DNA of 64,000 nt. It comes from an uncultured Methanosarcinaceae archaeon. Its GTDB lineage: Archaea > Halobacteriota > Methanosarcinia > Methanosarcinales > Methanosarcinaceae. The DNA is taken from positions 224,001 to 288,000 of the forward strand of contig CAWHXP010000002.1 of the NCBI GenBank assembly GCA_963833425.1. The letters are read 5' to 3'. The notes beneath the pieces are model-generated. The model was not told the origin of the DNA, made no database searches, and was given only the letters and a program-made list of their open reading frames with translations. Below, one piece after another: positions 11,158-21,959 of the stretch. Positions within the stretch are counted from its first letter, which is position 1. Each line of letters opens with the position of its first letter. Both the position numbers and the translations under genes were made by a program.

Positions 11158-11961
11158 TTAGAATCGACTCTTCATTTCCTTTAGTAGCGCTTCGAAAGTG
11201 AACTCTTCTGGAATCACTGTTGTTTTGATCCCGTGTTTCTTCAGGGTGTTTCCTGTAGGGATTCCTATAGCTCCTATAACAGCCCTGTTAAGAGCCTTTT
11301 TGATTGTTTCCCCTGCTCTCAGCATCTCTGCATGCTTCATGAAGCCTTTTACCATCATTGAGCTTGTGAAAGCAAAAGCATTCACTTCTCCAGCAAGAGT
11401 GCATTCTATTAGCTTTTTCTGGATCGCTCCTTCAGGAATGCTGAGGGTATACACATGAGTCTCATATACCCTGGCTCCACATTCTTCAAGTCTTTCTGTT
11501 AAGACCCTTGTCCCAAAAGCGCTTCTGGCAATGTCCACTGTTTTTCCTTTTACTACCGGGCAGAGATCCTCTAAAATGCCTTCAGAGCTGTAATCCTTTG
11601 GGAGGAGGGGGTTGTCAATTCCTATTTTCATGAGTTTTTTTTCTGTATTAGGGCCAATTGCTATCACCCTGCTTTTTTTCAATCCTGCGATTAAGTTGTT
11701 TTTTTCGCTTTCAGAGAGTTTTTCCATAGTAAAATTTATTCCATTTGCACTTGTAAAGATCACATAATCAGAAGTTTCGGTTATAACTCTTCGTACGAAG
11801 GGATCAAAGCCTTCATCTTTCATGCCTTCAAGCTTAATCATAGGGGCATAGATCGGCCTAAAATTGTAATCTCGAGCAAGAGCCTCTGACCTCTTCCTGT
11901 AGTTTTCCGGCCTCATGATTGCGAGGACTGGTATTTTTTTCTTTTTTTGTTTTTCTGTCAT
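11158..11961 (-). CDS. hemD: Uroporphyrinogen-III synthase
   Basis: AIMRP, VIFTSANG, AIGPNT, AFTSS motifs; between cobA and ahbC. Confidence 0.9.
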   Translation of the reverse strand: MTEKQKKKKIPVLAIMRPENYRKRSEALARDYNFRPIYAPMIKLEGMKDEGFDPFVRRVITETSDYVIFTSANGINFTMEKLSESEKNNLIAGLKKSRVIAIGPNTEKKLMKIGIDNPLLPKDYSSEGILEDLCPVVKGKTVDIARSAFGTRVLTERLEECGARVYETHVYTLSIPEGAIQKKLIECTLAGEVNAFAFTSSMMVKGFMKHAEMLRAGETIKKALNRAVIGAIGIPTGNTLKKHGIKTTVIPEEFTFEALLKEMKSRF

Positions 11962-11983
11962 ATCTCTTATCCCTTAGAGTCCA

Positions 11984-12751
11984 TTAAAATTCAGTTCTAG
12001 TATGTTGCTCTCCAAGGACCTTATGCAGGTTGACCACGTCTCCCACAATAATGATGGCTGGAGCCTTCACTTTACGCTCCTTTGCAAGATCTGCAATAGT
12101 TGCAAGTGTTCCCACAGTTACTCTTTGGTCAGGTCTGGTCCCTCTCTCGATAACTGCAACAGGTGTAGTAGGGTCTTTACCGTGCTTAATTAATTCATCT
12201 GCGTTCCAGCCTAACATTTTCACACCCATAAGGATTACAATAGTTCCCCTTAACTTCGCCAGGGTTTTCCAGTCAAGCCCACTCTCAGGCTTTGTGGGAT
12301 CTTCGTGTCCAGTTATGAAAGTAACCATTGAAGCGTTTTCCCGGTGGGTTAATGGAATTCCTGCATAAGCAGGCACTGCGATTGCTGAAGTTATTCCTGG
12401 AACGACTTCGAACTCGATACCTTCTACTACAAGCACTTCGGCTTCTTCTCCCCCTCTTCCAAAAACATAGGGGTCTCCTCCTTTCAGCCGGACAACCATC
12501 TTTCCTGCCTTTGCTTTCTGCACAATCAATTCATTTATTTCTGTCTGAGACATGGTGTGGTTTCCAGCATATTTTCCAACATCAATTTTTTCCGCACTTG
12601 CAGGCATAGAGTCCAAGATAACTTTTCCAGGGAGCTGGTCATAAATAATTACTTCAGCGTTGTCAATTAGACGGCGAGCTTTCAGGGTTAGAAGCTCAGG
12701 GTCGCCTGGACCTGAGCCAATAAGGTAAGCTTTTCCGTAATTTCCTGACAT
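11984..12751 (-). CDS. cobA: Uroporphyrinogen-III C-methyltransferase (SUMT)
   Basis: LIGSGPGDPELLT, VVRLKGGDPYVFGRGGEE, VVPGITSA. Confidence 0.95.
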   Translation of the reverse strand: MSGNYGKAYLIGSGPGDPELLTLKARRLIDNAEVIIYDQLPGKVILDSMPASAEKIDVGKYAGNHTMSQTEINELIVQKAKAGKMVVRLKGGDPYVFGRGGEEAEVLVVEGIEFEVVPGITSAIAVPAYAGIPLTHRENASMVTFITGHEDPTKPESGLDWKTLAKLRGTIVILMGVKMLGWNADELIKHGKDPTTPVAVIERGTRPDQRVTVGTLATIADLAKERKVKAPAIIIVGDVVNLHKVLGEQHTRTEF

Positions 12752-13937
12752 TTGACGACAGTTCCTTTATGGTTTTGAGATCTTAAATGTGTAGTCTGGA
12801 GAAGTTTAACGAGTTTTTAGAATATATATTATCCTGAAAGTGGTAAAATTCTTAGAATAATAGACTTAAATCAAATTTCCGACGTTACATTCTACTGAAA
12901 GTAATGAGATTTTTTAATGCTAAAGCTTTTGATATAATGGAATTATTCAAAATTAAATGTTTTTACTTACTTATATGGTTCTTTTTCTTCATGGTTTCCC
13001 TGATTTTCAACATAGTTTTAATTACATCAAAGTTGTACTATCACCCCTAGTTTCAATGTACCTATCTAATCTCAAATTTCCCACCCTAGAAGTAGTTTTA
13101 ATCCAATGGGGACTCTTTAATATTTTTATTATGTGGTACTTTTATAATCTGAATTCCTCTCAAAGGAACATATTTTGGTTCGCTACCAGCGAAAATCTTT
13201 ACCTGATTCTCATGAGTAAATGAGAGCATTTGTGTAACCCATTCTCAACATCGTTATGGACTCGATAAGTTCTTAGGCATAGGTACATTTTTGTGCAGCA
13301 TAAAAATTTGGTGCACTCTGTACATGGCTGCATCATTATAACGATATGGATTTTCAGATGGTAGCTATTTGTGATCAATTTTTCATCAGGGCCGCAGGCT
13401 ATAATATCAGTAAAAGTACTTATGTGATCGATCTAAAACCGCCACTTTCTTTGAGATATCTGAAAAGAGCAAATGTATGAGTATTAGTATAGAGCCTACT
13501 CGAAAAGTAAAGATTATCCTGGCAAAATAACGATATTGATTTAGAGCCTATCCGAAAAGTCAGTAATATATGTTGAAAAGTTACAATAGGTCTATAAAAA
13601 TATTTTTAATAATCCTAAGCAAGTATTATTCTTAATTACTTTTGTTATATCATCACTTAGTAAAAGAGGGAGTCACCAAAAAGTTTTTTTCCCCTCCTCA
13701 AAACATGTCAACACTTAATAGTTTATAAAACTGTTTGGCATGATAATAGAATAGTGGATTGCATTAACTGATTGGGATAAGTAAAGATGTTTAGAGAAAA
13801 TCTAAAGAAAAATGTAGATCACACTCTTCCATCATTGCTTAAGAAGTAATGTCAAAGGCGTTGGATTCAGAGTCAAACATACAGAACTATATTTTATTAA
13901 AATATAAAAGACGAAAGTGAAAATTATATATCAATTT

Positions 13938-14023
13938 GCGAGAGTTGCCCAGCCAGGTCAAAGGCGATAGACTTAAGATCCTTTTACGAAAGTAACTATG
14001 GGTTCAAAATCCCACCCCTCGCA
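13938..14023 (+). pseudogene. Degenerate tRNA-Leu(TAA)-like sequence
   Basis: Acceptor GCGAGAG/CCCTCGC-A with a mismatch, leucine-type D-arm GCCCAGCCAGGTCAAAGGC, CTTAAGA loop; anticodon stem ATAGA/TCCTT has 2 mismatches; T-loop has an extra A. Confidence 0.75.
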
Positions 14024-14540
14024 CTAAAATAGAAGGTAATAGGGATCTTTAAAAAAGTTTACGCAACTGATAAATTCTTACCGTACAGTTTTCAAAATAT
14101 TATATTGTTTATTAACTAAATTAAACTCGTTTTATCATTTTATTTAAATAAAAGTAGGTCTTTTGTACACAATTGCTCTATATTAACAGCACTGTTCTAA
14201 CAATTATATGCCTTAACCTGATCTTCATTTGTATTCGGTTAAGATACAATCTATAAGAAATATGTTGTTTTTGTTATTTCCTACAAAAATACCATGTATG
14301 ATTGAGAATACAAAAGAATGATCCGCTATAATGGAGAAAAGTAGTGATAAAAAAACATCCTTCTCTTTGTAGTCCTTTTGGCAATAATATCAGGCTGTCT
14401 GTTCAGAAAATAGCAGATTTAAGATTCTGTCTATATGGCATTTCAGGAGAGGTCTAAATCCATAAGTTCAGCGTGAAAAGAAACTCTAAAATGGAGCTGA
14501 CCATCACTGTAAAATAAGATCAAAAGGATAGCAATTTCAA

Positions 14541-15707
14541 ATGATCTGTAAAACTATAGTCGAAGGTACAACAAAGGCTCTGGTCCCGATACCTCCTGAG
14601 GATGCAACCTTCCCCCCATCGGCAGCTCAAGTTTTTTATAATCCCGAAATGGAGCTTAACCGCGATATCAATGTTGCAGCCACAGCAGCATTTGTGGAAA
14701 GGCTTCTTTCCAAAAAAAAGATTATAAGGGGGAAAATTAGTTACCTTGACGCATTTTCTGCGTCAGGAATCAGAGGGCTTCGAATAGCAGGAGAAGTGGG
14801 CATACATGCGATCTTAAATGACTGGAGCCAAGAAGCTTTCGAAATTATAAAGGAAAATATCATAATTAACGGGCTTGAGGAAAAAACACTGGCCATCCAC
14901 AAAAACGCAAAATTGTTGCTTCATGAAAAAAAATTCCATATAGTGGATATCGATCCATTTGGCACACCCTCTCCTTTCCTGGATGCAGCTTCTGCATCAG
15001 TACAGAATATGCTCTCGGTTACGGCAACAGATACAGCTCCCCTTTGTGGAGCCCATCTAAATTCAGGAATTCGTAAATATGCTGCTGTTCCTTTGAACAC
15101 GGAGTATCATGGTGAGATGGGCCTGCGAGTCCTTCTGGGAGCTTGTGCAAGAGAACTTTCAAAACATGAAAAAGGGATGTTACCTCTCCTTTCACATGTG
15201 ACACGTCACTACGTCCGCACTTACCTCGAAATTACTCCCGGGACAAAGCATGTTGATAGGACTTTAAAGTCGATGGGTTTTAGTATTCACTGCCCGATTT
15301 GTGGGTTTAGAGGACATGTGTATGGGCTTGCAGTGCACATTGACAAAGAATGCCCTTCATGCAGTGCTCTCACACAAATCGCAGGCCCTTTATGGCTCGG
15401 GCCCTTCAGAGAACCTAACTTCTGTAATGAGGTTATTTCAAAAATCGAAATATATCCTCTAAATACAAAAAACAAAGCAAAAAAATTAATTTTTTTATGT
15501 AGAGATGAACTAGACATTCCTATGTTCTATGATCAACATATGATCTGCAAAGGACTAGGTGCTTCTGCAACCGAAATAAAAACTCTGATCGAAGTCCTTA
15601 AGGACAATGGGTTTGAAGCTTCCAGAACTCACTTCAGCGGAACTTCGTTCAGGACCGATGCACCTATTTTTGAAATAAAAAAAATAATCAGAGACCTTTC
15701 GAGATAA
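14541..15707 (+). CDS. trm1: tRNA (guanine-26-N2)-dimethyltransferase
   Basis: VFYNPEMELNRD, SASGIRGLR, DIDPFGTP, TATDTAPLCG, GPLWLG. Confidence 0.95.
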   Translation: MICKTIVEGTTKALVPIPPEDATFPPSAAQVFYNPEMELNRDINVAATAAFVERLLSKKKIIRGKISYLDAFSASGIRGLRIAGEVGIHAILNDWSQEAFEIIKENIIINGLEEKTLAIHKNAKLLLHEKKFHIVDIDPFGTPSPFLDAASASVQNMLSVTATDTAPLCGAHLNSGIRKYAAVPLNTEYHGEMGLRVLLGACARELSKHEKGMLPLLSHVTRHYVRTYLEITPGTKHVDRTLKSMGFSIHCPICGFRGHVYGLAVHIDKECPSCSALTQIAGPLWLGPFREPNFCNEVISKIEIYPLNTKNKAKKLIFLCRDELDIPMFYDQHMICKGLGASATEIKTLIEVLKDNGFEASRTHFSGTSFRTDAPIFEIKKIIRDLSR

Positions 15708-15841
15708 TCAAAATTTAGTTGTCGTTACTATATGCAATCCATGGGGCATGTTCACGCCACAACTTAAGATATAATATATTATTCAAAATTAAATATTTTT
15801 ATTTTATTAAGTTTCACTTTTCAACTATATATGTAGAATTT

Positions 15842-16696
15842 GGTTCCGTTGCAAAAAATCCTTTCTAATGATACGATAGAATAAAAAGAAAACCAAAGAT
15901 AGTAATATGTTATCTAATTCCTTTAAATGGAAGCATTATGGAGGAGGAATTATCCTATTGAATGTAAGATGGTACTTAAAATATCCATTAAGCTATAGAA
16001 ATTTAAAGGAAATGATGATAGAAAGAGAAATTCAAGTTGATCACAGTACTATAATGAGATGGGTACATCAATATTCCCCTGAAATAGAAAAGAAAATAAG
16101 AAGACATTTAAGATTAACAAACTATTCGTGGAGAGTTGATGAAACCTATATCAAAGTAAAAGGTAAATGGAAATATTTTTATCGAGCAGTTGACTCAAAT
16201 GGAAAAACAATTGATTTCATGTTAAGTGCAAAACGAAATAGAAAAGCAGCGAATAGATTCTTTAAGAAAGCTTTGAGTTCTAATCATAATCGAATTCCAA
16301 GAGTAATAACAGTTGATAAGAATCCAGCTTATCCGCCTGCTATAGATAAATTAAAAATTGATAAAATACTACCTAAAAACGTAGGCATTAGACAAATCAA
16401 GTATTTGAATAACATTATAGAACAAGATCATAGATCTATAAAGCGGATAGTTCATTCAATGTTAGGATTTCAGTCTTTTCGATCTGCTAATAAAACTTTA
16501 AAAGTAATTGAAGCTATGAATATGATTAAAAAAAGACAAGTCAATAATTTAAATTACTCGGTTCCTAATGAAGTCAAATACATTAATCACTTATTTGGTA
16601 TAGTTATATAATGTTGGTACATTTTCTTTGAATATTTTGATTTTTATTAATTACTTATAGATTTACATATTTTTTTGAAGTTTTTGCAACGGAACC
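15842..16696 (+). mobile_element. IS6-family insertion sequence, 855 bp
   Basis: TIRs GGTTCCGTTGCAAAAA / TTTTTGCAACGGAACC enclosing a DDE transposase; no clear target duplication. Confidence 0.95.
15907..16611 (+). CDS. IS6-family transposase
   Basis: WYLKYPLSYR, WRVDETY, YRAVD, TVDKNPAY, NNIIEQDHR (DDE intact). Confidence 0.95.
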   Translation: MLSNSFKWKHYGGGIILLNVRWYLKYPLSYRNLKEMMIEREIQVDHSTIMRWVHQYSPEIEKKIRRHLRLTNYSWRVDETYIKVKGKWKYFYRAVDSNGKTIDFMLSAKRNRKAANRFFKKALSSNHNRIPRVITVDKNPAYPPAIDKLKIDKILPKNVGIRQIKYLNNIIEQDHRSIKRIVHSMLGFQSFRSANKTLKVIEAMNMIKKRQVNNLNYSVPNEVKYINHLFGIVI

Positions 16697-16945
16697 CCAA
16701 AAACAAACTCATTTTATGAAGAAGCGGTAATTTAGAGTATTAACAAAAATAAATGGAGCGATGGTTCACTTTATCTCTGACTAAAGAACATAGTACTCGT
16801 GACCCTCCAAAATCCAGAAGTAATGAATCGGTAAAAAGTTGAAGGTTGAGATTTTGCTATATTATAGATAAGCCATTAAAAGATAGTAAAAAGCTTTAGC
16901 TCAGATTCAAAAAAATAAGCTACTAATAAATTTCACTGTGATATT

Positions 16946-17578
16946 ATGCCCGATGAAAATGCAGAAAAGTTATTTTTACAGGAAAAACCCACTCTTACGT
17001 TGTTATTTATAGGCTCTATGGAAAAGACATATGCTTCGGTTATTTCAAAAGAAATCGACTCCACGTTTGCTCATACAACGAGAATTTTAGCGAAAATGGA
17101 ACATTCCGGACTCATAAGATTCACACTCGATGGACGAATAAAATTTGTCGAACTTACTGGATACGGAAAGGAGGTTGAAAATGCCCTTAAAGATTTCAGG
17201 AATATTATCTCAGAGGAGATAATTGTAGAAAAAGCACATGAAGAAGAGTCTGAAAAAGAAGACTTAAATGAAATAAAAAGAGAAAATATCGAAGAAGAAA
17301 AAAAGGAAGAACTTGGCTATATAGAAGAACTTGACCCTATAAATGCTGAAATTCTTAAAAAAATAAAAACCCTCACAAGTAAGATGGAAAGCATCCACAG
17401 GGGTGTATTAGAGCAGGGGGATAGCAAAGATGCAATATCCCGAAAACTCGGCCCTTATAGCCGGGACATTAAAAAACTGCAAAATCAGATTACAAAGGCT
17501 GAAACTCCTATCAATGAAACTGTTATATTAGCCCTAAAAGAAAGTGGAAGACTTCTGGAATCTTACCTGAAGGGTTAA
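16946..17578 (+). CDS. Winged-helix (MarR-like) DNA-binding protein with acidic linker and helical C-domain
   Basis: YASVISKEIDSTFAHTTRIL..GLI...GRIKFVELT wHTH pattern. Confidence 0.75.
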   Translation: MPDENAEKLFLQEKPTLTLLFIGSMEKTYASVISKEIDSTFAHTTRILAKMEHSGLIRFTLDGRIKFVELTGYGKEVENALKDFRNIISEEIIVEKAHEEESEKEDLNEIKRENIEEEKKEELGYIEELDPINAEILKKIKTLTSKMESIHRGVLEQGDSKDAISRKLGPYSRDIKKLQNQITKAETPINETVILALKESGRLLESYLKG

Positions 17579-17738
17579 GATCGAGTTGTCTAATTCCAGA
17601 AAAAGAACTTTTAAATATTTATGGGATTGCCATAATTTATCTGTAATTGTATTAGCTATCTAATGCGATCGATTCAAAATGCAGAAAAAGAATTAAAAAT
17701 TTTCAAAAAATATACAGAAGTCCGCTATAGGAAAAAAT

Positions 17739-18452
17739 ATGATCAAAGTTGTAACACTCCAGCATGTTTACGGGAAAAACAGGGAACAGCTGACGGGCTT
17801 TCTGAAAACCCTGATTGAGAATGATTTGAAAAATCTTGAAGTAAAGGTTGATATATCCATTACTTCGAAAAAATTGGTTGAAGTGTTTCTTGAAGGTGAG
17901 GATGAAGAAGTATCTGCCAATGTACTAATCTCGAGGTATGGTACTCCTGCGGTAAAAGCTGAACATGGGACGAAATATATGGGATTCCTTCAAGCTTTTT
18001 TAGAAGATGCTTTTCTGGTTAATATCGGCATACATGTCAGGGTTGAAACCGAAGAATTAAAAGCTATGGGGGGCGGAAAACCAAAACAAATTGCGTCGAG
18101 ATTCGGCTTGATACCTAATCTTCCCGTTGAAATCGAAGTTTTTGAGACAAAAAAAGGAATTAAAACCCGTTTTACCAATAAACAGCTTGATCTGTGGTGG
18201 AAGTGGAAGAAAGCAAGTACTGACAGGGTTACAGTTAATGGAGCAACTCGTTCGGAGATTAAATACGTAATAAAAAAGACCGGCCACAGTAGAGATATTT
18301 ATGGGATAGAGCGCCTTGGGTTATTGGAACATGTAGTAGTATGCCGGGAAAACACAGATGGCCCTGGCATAGTGGCATCAATAGGGCCTTATCTGCAATC
18401 AGATATTGGAGTAGTAATCGGAGATGCACACCGAAGAATTTGCCGAAAATGA
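17739..18452 (+). CDS. DUF2110-family conserved archaeal protein
   Basis: QIASRFGLI..LPVE, GHSRDI..IERLGLLE..VVC..TDGPGIVASIG. Confidence 0.75.
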   Translation: MIKVVTLQHVYGKNREQLTGFLKTLIENDLKNLEVKVDISITSKKLVEVFLEGEDEEVSANVLISRYGTPAVKAEHGTKYMGFLQAFLEDAFLVNIGIHVRVETEELKAMGGGKPKQIASRFGLIPNLPVEIEVFETKKGIKTRFTNKQLDLWWKWKKASTDRVTVNGATRSEIKYVIKKTGHSRDIYGIERLGLLEHVVVCRENTDGPGIVASIGPYLQSDIGVVIGDAHRRICRK

Positions 18453-19707
18453 GTTGAGGCTCGATATATAATCTTTTAGCCAGAAAGTGCTTTTCGCAGA
18501 TCCCCCCTCAAAAAAATAGTAAAATATCTTTTTTCTCTATTAAGGAAAAAATGGTTTTATCACGAAAGTTCTCTGAAACATTTTAGAACAAAGCATTTTG
18601 TAACACAAAAAACACTGTACTTAGAGTACGAATTTTTGTTGTATAAAAAGTATTTTCTATTTGCTTTGTAACATCTTCGATGCAGAGAAAGTACAATAAT
18701 TGACGAATTGTGGCATTTTCTTTGCTGATACAGTTTTCTTGGGAGGCCTCGAAGAGGCCTCCCTTATATGCCATATTTTTTTAGCTATAAGGGCGACGAA
18801 TTTAATCTATTTAATGTTGGAGCTGTCAAATGTAAAATAAGTGAAAATCAAAATTAGTGAAAAAAAGAATAGATTTTTAAGTCCATTCTAATTTAATAGC
18901 TTCATCGCAATCCTCTATAATTAATTGCTGATTTAATCATGATTTAGTGTTTTACCAGGAACTATAATAAGTCTTGAAACCATAATCTTGGAAAGGTGAA
19001 GTCTGAAAACTCTATTTCTCAGACCAATTTTAAAATGTTACTCGAGGTCATTGCCTCATTCAGTCAGGTATCTTCACATGTAACACAGTCAAAGCATAGT
19101 TTTATCAAGAGATATCTCAATTATAGGAGATTAATCCATATAGCTTCTGCAGACTTTCTTAGGTCTAAATCATTTCTTTGGCAATATTCCACTCAGTTTT
19201 TAATTAACAAGAATTATATCTATCTCTGATTATATAGAATTGATCTAATAGTATAGATGGTAATATGAAGATGTATACACAAGTGGAATTTGTTTGCATA
19301 CTTGGCATATCATTCATTGAGAGTTAGATTATTTATTAAGCTGCTGTCACAATAAAAAATAAATGGCATCTCTGTGTACATCTATAGAAAGGGGATAAAG
19401 GATAATTTAATAAAATCTGTCGCTCATTTTATGCAACACAAAGAAAAAAGAGAAAAAAGATTACCTGAATAGGTACTAACCAAGCTATCTCAAACATTTT
19501 GCTGTAAGAAAAGAAGAGGCTATTTTTATAAGCTAGGCTTATAAATTTGATATTAATTATTACATCGCAACTGATTACTTTCAACCCTAAATTCTCATGA
19601 TTGCTAATCTGCCAAGGTTATAAGTTTGGGAAATTATCGCGAATTTTATGGATAGCTTATTAACAATTTTAATTGCGCAAAATTAAAAGATTAAAGGAAG
19701 TATTACT

Positions 19708-20688
19708 TTGAACTTGGAAAAGCTTGCGAAAAGGCTAAAAAACTTTGAAGGAGTCTTTCGGAAAAAGCAGATTGAGGATATTGTTTCAATCTTTGAAGCT
19801 GTTCGTCCTGAATATAAGAACTCAGTCGTCGATTTCGGAGACGATGCAGCAGTAATAGATATAGGAGGGGATGATTTCATCCTCTTTGCAGCGGATGGAA
19901 TATGGGGGAGGTTACTTGATGCTAGTCCCTGGTGGGCAGGCTATGGAGCTGTGGTAGTGAACGTCAACGATATAACAGCAATGGGTGGAAAGCCACTTGC
20001 CATGGTAGATGTAGTTTCTTCAAACTCCCCGAAAGTTTGCAGGGAATTCATGGAAGGCCTAGCTGAAGGGGTTAGGAAATTTGGAGTTCCGATAGTTGGA
20101 GGACATGTACATCCTGATGTCCCGTATAATTCCCTTTCAGTTGCTATTATAGGGATAGTTAAAAGGGATTGCTTAATTCGGAGCGATACAGCAAATTATG
20201 GAGATCTTGTGATTGCAGTCTATGATATGGACGGAAAAATAGGGCCTAACTCCCCCTACAGTTGGGACACGACATCTTTCAAATCACCGGAAATCATCAG
20301 GAAAACCTACCTTGTAACCCAGGAAATTGGACAGAGAAAATTTGCCACTGCGGGCAAAGACATAAGCAACCCTGGACTGATAGGGACACTTGGAATGCTT
20401 TGTGAAACCAGCGGTGTTGGCGCCTCTGTGGATCTCGAAAGAGTCCCTAGACCTGAGAATGTGGACTTTGAACAATGGCTGAAAGTGCATCCTGGAACAG
20501 GTTACGTATTTACAGCATACCATGAGAAAGCAAAAGAATGCATAAATGTTTTTAAAGAAGTTGGGCTTACAGCTGTAGTTATTGGAAAAATCGAAAAAGG
20601 CTCAAAACTCGATATATACGACAAATCAGATAGAGTAACTGTTTTTGATTTCTCAAAAGAAGGTATCACAGGCATTTATTCCGAATAA
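19708..20688 (+). CDS. Methanogenesis marker protein 2 (AIR synthase/PurM-like fold)
   Basis: FEGV.RK, FGDDAAVI, VNVNDITAMGG, GGHVHPD, KDISNPGLIGT. Confidence 0.85.
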   Translation: MNLEKLAKRLKNFEGVFRKKQIEDIVSIFEAVRPEYKNSVVDFGDDAAVIDIGGDDFILFAADGIWGRLLDASPWWAGYGAVVVNVNDITAMGGKPLAMVDVVSSNSPKVCREFMEGLAEGVRKFGVPIVGGHVHPDVPYNSLSVAIIGIVKRDCLIRSDTANYGDLVIAVYDMDGKIGPNSPYSWDTTSFKSPEIIRKTYLVTQEIGQRKFATAGKDISNPGLIGTLGMLCETSGVGASVDLERVPRPENVDFEQWLKVHPGTGYVFTAYHEKAKECINVFKEVGLTAVVIGKIEKGSKLDIYDKSDRVTVFDFSKEGITGIYSE

Positions 20689-20799
20689 TCTGAATTTTTC
20701 TACCTGCTTTAAATTCCTACTAGAGTGAGAATTTTATTTTTGCTGCTATTTCAATCTGGTATTTCTGTCAATCTGACCCTTGGTCCGGATTTAATAGGA

Positions 20800-21108
20800 T
20801 CACTGTTTTTCAATCCATTCCTTCATTTCTTCGTAAAGGAATTTTTCAGCGGTCTGAACTCTCTCTAGAGGGCCGCGCAGAGCCAAAAGTTCTCTTTCTT
20901 CGCTGTTTGCGACCCCTACGAATATCTTTCTGGTTACAGGCTCAAGGTCAAATTCTTCGATTATATCGTAGATAATAGACACAATCGTGCCAGGGGGAAT
21001 TATCAGATCATACAACGCTTCGATATCTAAATCGCCGCATTCTTCCGTTTTTTCTTTTTCAAAATGCTTTGCTGTGATTAATTCATCAAGGTTCAGTATT
21101 TTATGCAT
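20800..21108 (-). CDS. Small conserved hypothetical protein
   Basis: AGGTGA SD before the ATG; YDLIIPPG..RELLALRG segment looks like a folded small protein. Confidence 0.7.
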   Translation of the reverse strand: MHKILNLDELITAKHFEKEKTEECGDLDIEALYDLIIPPGTIVSIIYDIIEEFDLEPVTRKIFVGVANSEERELLALRGPLERVQTAEKFLYEEMKEWIEKQ

Positions 21109-21642
21109 CCTGGGTCACCTTCTTCCTGCTTTCTTATTCTTCAGCTTCCAATATCTCTGGACAAGAAGCAAATCCAAACTAAATTAAGTGTATTAGATTT
21201 TTGCATACGCGTCGTCCTAGAGATAAATCAGATAGATCCAAATAATTGTCAGGCATGTTAAGCAATTTATATGACTCTTTTTTGTATCAACTTGTGATAG
21301 ATATGATTGTGTCTCTGATCTAGATGTTTATTTGTAGAAGTTGGTAATTCATTTTATTACTAAGGTTCTAGTCTTTAAGCTATACATCCTTATTATAATT
21401 ATCAGTAGTTCCGATTTTATGCAGTTCCGAATGATTACTATTATTTTTGCCAATTTTTCCTAAGTTATTCACAAGAAAGAAATTATCCATTAATCTTGAT
21501 CCAATTTTTTTGTAATCGTCCCTAAAAATTCAACGTTATAAAGTTATAAAGTAGAAATTAGGTATAATTTTACTAAGCTATTTCGTAATTTTTGTGAGTA
21601 TATTTTTGAGTTCATTAATCTAGTGCCAACGCTGAATTGATA

Positions 21643-21874
21643 GTGTGCCTGAAGTTCTGTAAAGTGTGATTGATTCTGCATTCTTTATATTCAACGCAAA
21701 AATTAGGATGCAGAGCAAATTATTTTACTAACAAATATTACGTTTCAATTGTTTTCACTAATGCATATTTTTAAAATAAAAATTATGCATCCGTGAACAT
21801 AAGAAAGGCAGATATTTTCTAAGCATAACTACGGACTCAGAATCCTGTAATCTTTTACATAACTTTTGGTACGC
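21643..21874. mobile_element. Possible ~230-bp MITE with imperfect ends
   Basis: GTGTGCCTGAAGTTCTGTAAA versus the reverse complement of TTTTACATAACTTTTGGTACGC; a similar end, TAGTGCGCCGAAAGTTCTGTAAAA, occurs at 54676. Confidence 0.4.
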
Positions 21875-21910
21875 CGTCAATCAGTTTAATCATGTACTTT
21901 CTGTTAAATT

Positions 21911-21942
21911 AAAAAAGGAGTTTTTTGACTCCTTATTTTTTT
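21911..21942 (-). terminator. Hairpin plus T-tract just downstream of the multicopper oxidase
   Basis: AAGGAGT-N6-ACTCCTT flanked by A/T runs, ~20 nt after the stop codon. Confidence 0.6.
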
Positions 21943-21959
21943 AGTCACTATCTAACGTG

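Noticed and set aside
12957..13223. Tracked 88-aa ORF, and similar AT-rich ORFs at 18583, 18996, 27719, 27797, 34252 and 45951
   Set aside because: No SD, no motifs, and composition typical of random AT-rich frames.
21116..21180. Peptide resembling a membrane-protein C-terminus (LDLLLVQRYWKLKNKKAGRR*)
   Set aside because: Too short, with no upstream frame; its end doubles as the SD of the next gene.
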